DNA of 64,000 nucleotides from an uncultured delta proteobacterium (GTDB lineage Bacteria > Desulfobacterota > WTBG01), in the NCBI GenBank assembly GCA_963793865.1, contig CAWCBP010000011.1, positions 1 to 64,000 of the forward strand, written 5' to 3'. The notes under the pieces were generated by a model, which saw only the letters and a program-made list of their open reading frames with translations, made no database searches and was not told where the DNA came from. Below, one piece after another: positions 10,140-17,791 of this stretch (position 1 is the first letter of the stretch; the number at the start of each line of letters is the position of its first letter). A program made the position numbers and the translations under genes.

Positions 10140-10854
10140 GGTAAATCGGTTCCTCAATTCAGCTTCATGCCCCGAGATTTGGCGTCTGAGCCACGATCTT
10201 CCAGAATAGCTGGGAACATACGTGCCAAATTAAGATCGTAGGTCTGAGGAACGCAGAGGAAGGAGCAGGAAGCACATCTATAATTATATAAGGCGATCTG
10301 AAAATAATTGCTCTATAATTAAGGGCGGGTACATTGAAGGCCGATGTCCGGAAAAAGGTTGCTAATAATTTTTTTTACATGTGCCCGCCAGGTGAAATCA
10401 ATGACTGCTTTCCACCGAAGAGGCATTGCCCAGGCATAAGAAAATGAAATTATAGCTGAGCGATTAGGTGCTTTCCAGTAGGAAGCCACCATCACCAGAT
10501 CATTTCATAGATTACGATCACACCCCTCCATTGATTACCCCAGGTCTCTTCATCTAATAGCTTATCCGATAACCAGCTGGACGACGCCGCCTCATAGCTT
10601 ACCACAATAAGCCTTGCGGTAGACCTTGCTATCATTTATCCTTCTTACTATTTGAAAAGGTAATATACACTTTCTCTTCCAGAGAGGGAGATCGTTATTA
10701 TTGCAAGAAAGGTTGAATGTCCCGATTCCACAGGTTACATACTGTATTAGAAACTATTTTGCCTTTCAGAGATTTGCCCATATTTGCAGTAATTTTGATT
10801 TTTCAATCAATTTCTAACACCCAAAGATATGGTGGTTGAGAGAACAAAATGAAG

Positions 10855-10885
10855 AAGCCCCTCGGTATTTTTTCCGAGAGGCTTT
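10855..10885 (-). terminator. Terminator-like hairpin after the beta-propeller gene
   Basis: AAGCCcCTCGG…CCGAGaGGCTT inverted repeat 22 bp past stop 10908. Confidence 0.6.
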
Positions 10886-10907
10886 GTTAATCTAAAGCAT
10901 ACTTCAA

Positions 10908-12683
10908 TTATGGTAATGTATAACTACACCACTCCACCCCAGTTACACAGGCAGGGCACGGGTTCTGTATTGAATTGCGGCCAAAGTCAGCTTTGAATAA
11001 CGCCGCATCAGTCCCATCAGCGTCACCATCGCAGTTGAAATCACCGTTGCAGGGACTTTCAGTATTGCAGGGGTTTAATATTGCGCTTCTCCCAAAATCT
11101 GCCTTGAATAAAGCTGCATCGCTGCCATCAACATCCCTGTCGGTATCGCAGTTGAAATTACCTTCACAGTCACAGGCGTCACCAATACCATTGCCTTGCG
11201 GGGGGTAGGAATCTTCCTGATTCATGCTACAGAACCCATTAACACCACAAGCTGCATGAGCAATACAGGTGCTTCCTATTTTACCTTCCGTACAAGTACC
11301 CAGATACGGCCCATTTGGCATATCGGAACAGTTATCACCCTCAGCAAGAAATGAACTGCTGTACATACTGCTTGCCATTCCAGCACCAGGATTAGTCTCG
11401 ACTCCGTCTCCGTCAATATCATTAAGGTCTTCGTAGTAGCAAACCACGGATGTTTCTACGGCGATATCTTCAGGAATAACACTTGTCTCAATAATAGTGA
11501 ATGGAGGTGACATCCCTTTGCCACCAGTATCTCGAACTGTGAGTGATCGTTCAGAAACTATTACATCGCTACTGTTTGTTATATCGCAGTTTTGAATTTC
11601 TCCATTACTGTTAAGCTTCATTACCATGAAATTACCAGGAGCAAAGGAAGCGGAAACACCTAAAATTACATACCCTTCATCAATAGTGTTGCCATGATAA
11701 TAAGCAAAGTCATGATCATTTCCACCATAAGTTTTTTGCCCGATAATATTTCCATTGTCATTAAGCTTTAATACGAAGATTTCACTATCGACAGGGGATC
11801 GCTTATTAACCAGTACAGTATATTCACCAATTGCACTCTGGTGAATTGACAAAGCAATAGGGTCATAATAATACCCATCAAAAATAAATTCCTTGTGCCA
11901 AACAAGACCTCCATTACTATCAAGCCTTAGTACTGTAGCCGCATCCATCCCACCAGTTATAATGTATCCCCCATCGGAAGTCTGCTCAATGGCACAGGCA
12001 TAACCTGGTCCGTCATATGCATACTGCCAAACAATATTACCAGCGCTGTCTAGTTTCAGCACCACATTGCTGCCGTCATTCCCAACTACAATATATCCAC
12101 TATCCAGAGTCTGCCGTATCATCGTGTCTTGTCCATACAGGTATGGCTTCTGCCAAATAATATCCCCATCGTTATTAAGCTTAAGGACTGCGATATAAAT
12201 CAAGGAGTCTGAAACAACAGATGCAGCAGCAATATATCCTCCATCTGTTGTTCGCTGAATCGAGTCAAACTGGGCTATTCCATCATAAACTTTCTGCCAA
12301 ATAATATCCCCACTAGTATCAAGCTTTAGTATCCAACCACCTATAATATCGAGAAACCAGGTAGTGCCTGCTATCAGATATCCTCCATCTATTGCCTCCT
12401 CAACCGTGTAGATATCACTCAAGCTTGAAGCAACGGGATAAGCAGGATAACTCTTCAGCCAGGAAACATCTCCATTGCTATCAAGCTTCATTGCCGCAAT
12501 CTGATGAGTGTCATAATCTGAACCAGCCGCAAAGTACCCCCCATCGCTGGTCTGCAATATTTTAGTAAGATAACCATTGTTAGACCATCTGTAAATTTTA
12601 ACCCATTGCTGTGAAATATTGCTCGCATAAGTAGGTGTATCTAACGACATCAATACTATAATAATTATAAATGTCCTTTTCAT
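10908..12683 (-). CDS. Exported beta-propeller-like repeat protein with C-terminal twin dockerin-like module
   Basis: Start MKRTFIIIIVLM with GAGGAGG RBS; about 7 repeats of QTxDGGYIxAG…LKLDSNGDIIWQK; tail SYPPQGNGIGDACDCEGNFNCD…DFGR x2. Confidence 0.85.
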   Translation of the reverse strand: MKRTFIIIIVLMSLDTPTYASNISQQWVKIYRWSNNGYLTKILQTSDGGYFAAGSDYDTHQIAAMKLDSNGDVSWLKSYPAYPVASSLSDIYTVEEAIDGGYLIAGTTWFLDIIGGWILKLDTSGDIIWQKVYDGIAQFDSIQRTTDGGYIAAASVVSDSLIYIAVLKLNNDGDIIWQKPYLYGQDTMIRQTLDSGYIVVGNDGSNVVLKLDSAGNIVWQYAYDGPGYACAIEQTSDGGYIITGGMDAATVLRLDSNGGLVWHKEFIFDGYYYDPIALSIHQSAIGEYTVLVNKRSPVDSEIFVLKLNDNGNIIGQKTYGGNDHDFAYYHGNTIDEGYVILGVSASFAPGNFMVMKLNSNGEIQNCDITNSSDVIVSERSLTVRDTGGKGMSPPFTIIETSVIPEDIAVETSVVCYYEDLNDIDGDGVETNPGAGMASSMYSSSFLAEGDNCSDMPNGPYLGTCTEGKIGSTCIAHAACGVNGFCSMNQEDSYPPQGNGIGDACDCEGNFNCDTDRDVDGSDAALFKADFGRSAILNPCNTESPCNGDFNCDGDADGTDAALFKADFGRNSIQNPCPACVTGVEWCSYTLP

Positions 12684-12699
12684 CACAGTCCCCTCCTCG

Positions 12700-12834
12700 A
12701 AAAAAAAAACTCCCCACCTTCTCAGACTTCTCCATCTGAGAAAAAGTGGGGTTATGTCAATAAATGCGTTCATCGGAACACCTATAAATGCCCTTATGAT
12801 TTTAAATTAAAGCACAGAATCCCTCTATTAGCAA
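12700..12834 (-). promoter_or_regulatory. Conserved leader copy 1: sigma70 promoter plus terminator-like hairpin upstream of RBS
   Basis: TTGCTA-17-TTTAAT (12834..12806); CCCCACTTTTTCTCAGATGGAGAAGTCTGAGAAGGTGGGGAG-T10; homologous to 63728..63864. Confidence 0.7.
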
Positions 12835-13119
12835 TATAATTGTTCGCCCTGTATTTTGGGCATTAACAATCTATATATGGGGATCCCATAATGAGCCGTC
12901 TTCTGCACCTTATACCAAGAATCTGAGTTTCAGATAATGCCCAAGATACGTCCTCAAACATCAGTAGATCGAGGGAGATGATTTATGAAGGTTACTACCA
13001 TAATGACCAGTAGCTGATATATGGAACATTTTCTCCATATTACATATTCTAATAGAATGTCATTAACAGATTTTATGAAATAGGGAAGGGGGATTGTGTG
13101 GGCATAGGGTATTAAAATC

Positions 13120-13283
13120 TTCTAACATTTTTCTAACAAAAAACTTAAAAACACTCTGAAACAGCCTAAACTCGGCATGAAGCACAAAGGCCATAACCAG
13201 CTGATAACTATGATCTATTATCTTTTAGTTATGACCTTTGAAGTGTTACGGAGATTAACAGCTGAAGGCGGGGGGATGGGATG
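13120..13283 (-). other. Probable right end (att region) of the integrative island
   Basis: Direct repeat TTCTAACA at 13120 and 13131 (arm-site-like); minus-strand ATCCCATCCCCCCGCC at 13282..13267 resembles a tRNA 3' end; abrupt GC shift at lipA stop 13300. Confidence 0.5.
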
Positions 13284-13299
13284 ACACTAAGTTTGTTAA

Positions 13300-14166
13300 T
13301 CAGGCTTTTTCCTGTATGTGGGTGAGGGCCTCCTCCGCGTGGAAGGAGCTGCGCACGAAGGGGGCGGAGGCGACGTAGCGGAAGCCCATCTCTTCACCCA
13401 ATTTTTTGTATTCCTCGAAGATGTCCGGGTGAATGTATTCGACGACCTCAATATTATTAGGAGTGGGTCGCAGATATTGGCCGATGGTCAAGAAGTCGCA
13501 ATCGACCTTCCATAAATCCTCCATGGTGCGCAGAACTTCATCTCTCGTTTCTCCCAGTCCCAGCATAATGCCCGATTTGGTAAAAATGGATGGGTCGAGC
13601 TCCTTGCTCCACTTGAGTATATTGAGCGACGTCCCGTAGTTTGAGTATTGCCGGGCGGTTTTGTAGAGGCGGGGAATCGTCTCCAGGTTGTGGGCGAGGA
13701 TGGTCGGAACCGCATCGGTTACAATCCTGAGATTATCCCTCGACCCGCGCAGGTCCGGGATAAGCACATCGGTTGAGGCAGCGGGGAGCAGCTCATTTAT
13801 CTTCCTGATCACCGCCGCGAATTGCGCGGCCCCGCCGTCCGGCAAATCGTCGCGTGTGACCGAGGTGATCACCACGTGCCTGAGGTTGAGCTTTTTCGAT
13901 GCCTCGGCAAGGTGGAGCGGTTCCTCCGGATCAACCGCAAGGGGGATGCCGTGTTTGACTGAGCAGAAGCCGCAATCGCGGGTGCATATGTCACCCAGGA
14001 TCATGAAGGTGGCGGTGCCTTTGGCAAAACAGGTTCCCACATTGGGGCAGGTGGCGCTTTCGCAGACGGTATGAAGGTTAAGAGAGTCAAGCATGCGCTT
14101 CATGTCGCTCAAGCACTTTTCAGAGGGGCCTTTTACTTTTATCCAGGAGGGTTTAGCAGTGGTCAT
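13300..14166 (-). CDS. lipA: Lipoyl synthase (copy 1)
   Basis: CESATCPNVGTC, CTRDCGFC, VRSSF motifs. Confidence 0.95.
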   Translation of the reverse strand: MTTAKPSWIKVKGPSEKCLSDMKRMLDSLNLHTVCESATCPNVGTCFAKGTATFMILGDICTRDCGFCSVKHGIPLAVDPEEPLHLAEASKKLNLRHVVITSVTRDDLPDGGAAQFAAVIRKINELLPAASTDVLIPDLRGSRDNLRIVTDAVPTILAHNLETIPRLYKTARQYSNYGTSLNILKWSKELDPSIFTKSGIMLGLGETRDEVLRTMEDLWKVDCDFLTIGQYLRPTPNNIEVVEYIHPDIFEEYKKLGEEMGFRYVASAPFVRSSFHAEEALTHIQEKA

Positions 14167-14185
14167 GAAATACCTATAAAACAAG

Positions 14186-14251
14186 AAATGAAAAGTGAAA
14201 AATGAAAAGTGAAAAATGCAAAAGAGCATTCGCGGCTGAAGCCGCTCCTAC
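14186..14251. repeat. 7-nt tandem repeat (aaatgaa/aagtgaa) followed by GTAG-type REP half-site
   Basis: aaatgaaaagtgaaaaatgaaaagtgaaaaatgcaaaa; ttcgcggctgaagccgctcctac (14229..14251). Confidence 0.65.
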
Positions 14252-14254
14252 CTG

Positions 14255-14953
14255 CTATGCATTTTCCATTTGATCTAAGCTAATTTCTCTCGTTGTTACC
14301 TCGAACACCTCTCCAAAACACCGTATCAGCCGTTCCTGCACATCCTGCCTTCCCACCGTTCTGCCGATGATTTTAGCCAGAGAGGTTACTCCTCTTCCGA
14401 CGATGCCGCAGGGAACAATGTATGAATAATGGCTGAGGTCGGGGCAGATATTGAAGGCGAACCCGTGCATGGTGGTCCAGCTTGACTTCACCGCGATCCC
14501 GATAGCCGCGATTTTATCACCTTCAACCCAGACGCCGGCATTGATGGAGTCGCGGTAGCCGCGGATGCCGTATTCCTGAAGGACCCGAATGATCACTTCC
14601 TCGAGGGAGCGGATATAGCGGTGCAGGTCTTTGCCGCGATCCTTCAGGCTGATGATGGGATACCCCACCAGCTGGCCCGGCCCGTGGTAGGTTATGTCAC
14701 CGCCCCGATTGGTCTGGTGGACGGTGATGCCCTTTTCTGCCAGTGCCCGGGGGGATGCAAGAAGGTGCCTGCGGGTTGCCTCCCTGGTAACCGTGAATAC
14801 CGGCGGGTGCTCAAGCAGGACCAGGGTGTCATGAATGCAGTCCCGCGAGCGCAGATCAACCAGCTTCTTTTGCAGCTCCAGGGCCTCGTCGTAGGGGACT
14901 GTATCGAGATTGAGAATCCAGGCTTCCTGTTTCAAGCGATTAGATCCCGACAA
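14255..14953 (-). CDS. lipB: Octanoyltransferase
   Basis: LEHPPVFT, RGGDITYHGPGQLVGY, KIAAIG, HGFAFN, IVPCG. Confidence 0.95.
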   Translation of the reverse strand: MSGSNRLKQEAWILNLDTVPYDEALELQKKLVDLRSRDCIHDTLVLLEHPPVFTVTREATRRHLLASPRALAEKGITVHQTNRGGDITYHGPGQLVGYPIISLKDRGKDLHRYIRSLEEVIIRVLQEYGIRGYRDSINAGVWVEGDKIAAIGIAVKSSWTTMHGFAFNICPDLSHYSYIVPCGIVGRGVTSLAKIIGRTVGRQDVQERLIRCFGEVFEVTTREISLDQMENA

Positions 14954-14999
14954 GAAATCGGATAAGGGAGAAAATGAGCGCCGTGAACAGACTGCGGCT

Positions 15000-15863
15000 T
15001 TATGAACGGATAACCTGCTGCAGGAATGTTCCGGCCATGAACGAGCTTCTTACCAGCCTGCCGGAAAAGACGGCTTTAAATCCCATCCGCTCGCCCGCCT
15101 CACGGTACCGGTCAAATTCCTCATCCTCCACGCGGCGGACGATGGGGTGATGCTTGAAGGATGGCCGCAAATACTGGCCGATGGTGAGAAGGTCACAGCC
15201 GCATTGACGGAGATCAGCCATGACCGAGAGCACCTCATCCTCTTTCTCGCCGAGCCCCACCATCAGGCCTGATTTGGAGAAGCAGTGCGCGGGGTGTTCT
15301 TTCACTCCCTTAAGCAGCGTAAGCGACCGCTGATAATCAGCCTGCGGCCGCACCCGCGGGTAGAGCCGGGGAACGGTTTCAAGGTTGTGGTTTAAGACAT
15401 GCGGACGGCTGTCGAGTACCGAGAAGAGCGCCCGGCGGGACCCCTTGAAATCAGGTATAAGGACCTCCACCATGACATCCGGAGTCGTATTCCTGATGGC
15501 CTCTATGGCGGCGGAAAACTGTGAGGCGCCGCCGTCGGGCAGGTCATCCCTGGTTACCGAGGTGAGCACGGCGTGCCTGAGCTTCATGGCACATACCGCC
15601 TGACTGATGCGCAGCGGTTCCTCCGGATCGGGAGGGCCGGGCGTGCCGTGGTCAACCGCGCAGAAACTGCAGTTCCTGGTGCAGGTGGTGCCCAAGAGGA
15701 GAAAGGTCGCGGTCCCCAGGGCGAAGCACGTCCCCTGGTTGGGGCACTGCGCGCTTTCACACACCGTGTTCAGGTGCATGCGCCCCAGCAAATCCCGGGT
15801 CTGCAAATAAACAGCGGGGTCCGGGGCGCATTTCTTCACCCAGCGATCGTTCTTGGTCTTCAT
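15000..15863 (-). CDS. lipA: Lipoyl synthase (copy 2)
   Basis: CESAQCPNQGTC, CTRNCSFC, VRSSF. Confidence 0.93.
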   Translation of the reverse strand: MKTKNDRWVKKCAPDPAVYLQTRDLLGRMHLNTVCESAQCPNQGTCFALGTATFLLLGTTCTRNCSFCAVDHGTPGPPDPEEPLRISQAVCAMKLRHAVLTSVTRDDLPDGGASQFSAAIEAIRNTTPDVMVEVLIPDFKGSRRALFSVLDSRPHVLNHNLETVPRLYPRVRPQADYQRSLTLLKGVKEHPAHCFSKSGLMVGLGEKEDEVLSVMADLRQCGCDLLTIGQYLRPSFKHHPIVRRVEDEEFDRYREAGERMGFKAVFSGRLVRSSFMAGTFLQQVIRS

Positions 15864-16045
15864 TGTACGAATCAGGGCTTTGAGAGAAAAGTCATCGCCT
15901 TAAGGTGACGACTCAAGTCCGGCATCACGCGCCGAAAGGGTTCAGGGTGCAGGGTTCAGGGTCAACGAACGGCTACATGTCAGTTGAACCCTGGAATCCT
16001 CGGACCCTTGGCCCCTACGCTACCGCTATGAGGCGGTATCAGTAT

Positions 16046-16435
16046 TTACCCTGCCGCTTCGGTTTCGGTGAATGTCTTGTAGTCGGCGGCCGACAGTAGT
16101 GAGTTGAGCTCAGCGGGGTTGCTCAGGGTAACCACGATCATCCAGCCCTCGCCATAGGGGTCCTGGTTGACCTTTTCCGGCGCGTCATTGAGGCCCGCGT
16201 TCACCTCGGCCACCTCGCCGCTCACCGGCGTGATGAGATCCATGGTAGCCTTGACCGACTCGATTGTGCCGAAGGGATTCAGGGCGGTTACCGCCTTCCC
16301 CACCGCGGGTAGTTCCACGGTCACGATGTCGCTTAACTGCTCCTGGGCAAAATTGGTCAGGCCGACTTTCCCCTTGTTGCCCTCAACCTTGACCCAGCTG
16401 TGATTCTTGGTGTACTTGAGACCTTCCGGAAACAT
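16046..16435 (-). CDS. gcvH: Glycine cleavage H-type lipoyl carrier protein
   Basis: YTKNHSWV, IESVKA lipoyl lysine, NQDPYGEGW; no gcvP/T in window. Confidence 0.95.
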   Translation of the reverse strand: MFPEGLKYTKNHSWVKVEGNKGKVGLTNFAQEQLSDIVTVELPAVGKAVTALNPFGTIESVKATMDLITPVSGEVAEVNAGLNDAPEKVNQDPYGEGWMIVVTLSNPAELNSLLSAADYKTFTETEAAG

Positions 16436-16641
16436 GGCGTACCTCCTTTGGGGTTAAAAGAATTAACAATTGACTATGAGATACTTCACTTCGTTCAGAA
16501 TGACAAACGGATTCGCTTTCTTTACGGCACGGTTTCTCAAAGGGACGCAATTATTTTAATTATTCGCTCAATTGCAGCGACACTGCGGGTTAAGGAATTG
16601 CAGGTGTACCCTTATGGTACTGCACTTTTCCTCACCGTTCT

Positions 16642-17512
16642 CTACGCTGCCTGAATGGTTGCTGTGCTTCCCTTGTAATTCCAGTCAGCGGTTTGATACT
16701 TCTCCCTGAGCAGCAGGCTTTGCAGTTTTAATTCGCCCGCAGTCAGCGAGCCATGCTTGAAGGTGACACCCAGGGTATCCCGGAAGCTGCTGAGAACCAT
16801 CTCTCCCAGATCATGCACATCGACCGCGGCGTTCACATGGCGGCTGAGCGAGGTGGTGCTTTCCTCAATCTCCCTCGCAAAGGCTTCCTTTCCCTTCCTG
16901 GAGATGAGCAGCGCCGCGAGCAAATCCGGATCATGATCAATGAGGATCGAGCCGTGCTGCAGAAATACCCCGCTTCCTCTTTTTTGAGCGCTGCCGCAGA
17001 TTTTTTTGCCGCCCACCGTAATCTCATACCATGACGGGGCGGAAAAGCAGCTTGCTGTCTCATGCCTGGGGACGGCGGTGCCCCCCCGGTGCTTGTCTCG
17101 CAGCGCTACCCAGTGCGCATCGAGACCGAAGCCGTTTAAGGCATTCAGAAGACACGATCCAATGGTCATGTATGTGTCAAGCACTCCGGGGCTGAAGGGT
17201 GGCACATGCTCCGGGGCGATGACCGCGTAGGTTAATTCATGATGATGCAGGACCGCCCTGCCGCCGGTCAACCTTCGCACGACATCGATGCCGCGCCGAC
17301 GGCATTCCTCACATATCCACCGCTGACTCGATCTTCTGAAAGTATCCCAGTGATACGGCAGGCGGCTGCCACCCATAAATGCGCAAGGTCGGCGGCGACA
17401 TTCCCTGCTGACAGCTTATGAATATAGCCTCATCAATGGCCATGTTTTCATAGCCGGAGGCAATGGTGGTGTCGATAAAACGCCATGAATGCTGATGAGG
17501 AGATATGTCCAT
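16642..17512 (-). CDS. Lipoate-protein ligase family (LplA/LipM-like), one extra base near 17311
   Basis: NMAIDEA…PTLRIYGW…SLGYFQ then VVRRLTGGRAVLH, KKICGSAQKR, LQHGSI. Confidence 0.85.
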
Positions 17513-17655
17513 TTGGTGCAGTGTTAAATCGAATCGAGGATATTTAAATTTTTAAAATGATTGTTGACTAAATCCGAAGCACGAAATCCGAAATTCGACA
17601 CAATAAAACAAAATCAAAAATTCAAATGACCAAAACATGAACAGCAACAACTCCA

Positions 17656-17691
17656 GAGATTGCCGCGCTCCCTTCGGTCGCTCGCAATGAC
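17656..17691. repeat. GTCATTGCGAG…GCAATCTC-family palindromic intergenic repeat
   Basis: 34/36 identical to the reverse complement of 42708..42743; relatives at 16478..16504, 62448..62492, 63503..63568. Confidence 0.8.
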
Positions 17692-17717
17692 TGAAAGAGA
17701 TTATTCTGCTCTTTATG

Positions 17718-17749
17718 AAGAACCCTGCCCGTGGAAGGGCAGGGTTCTT
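17718..17749 (-). terminator. Terminator-like hairpin after the E3 gene
   Basis: AAGAACCCTGCCC-gtggaa-GGGCAGGGTTCTT perfect 13-bp stem. Confidence 0.7.
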
Positions 17750-17791
17750 AGGTCACGATATGGTAGTATCCTTCCTGCCGGCAAGGACAGC

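Larger units (their letters stand above)
3755..13283. mobile_element. Integrative phage-satellite/plasmid-like element (left boundary uncertain; the island probably extends past position 1)
   Basis: Integrase, Xis-HTH, O-like initiator, primase-helicase, activator, second recombinase; markedly AT-richer than DNA right of 13,300; no structural or conjugation genes seen. Confidence 0.75.

Noticed and set aside
130..11220. Diversity-generating retroelement TR/VR pair among the repeated C-terminal tails
   Set aside because: No reverse transcriptase in the window and differences between copies are not confined to adenines
16521..16550. ggcac…aaagggacgcaa resembling a c-di-GMP-I riboswitch fragment
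   Set aside because: Lacks the GGCAAAC/GAAA P1-P2 architecture and is on the wrong strand for gcvH
17309..17311. In-frame TGA in the lipoate ligase as possible selenocysteine
   Set aside because: Homology continues in a different frame (EECRRRGIDVVRR), so it is a one-base insertion, not readthrough
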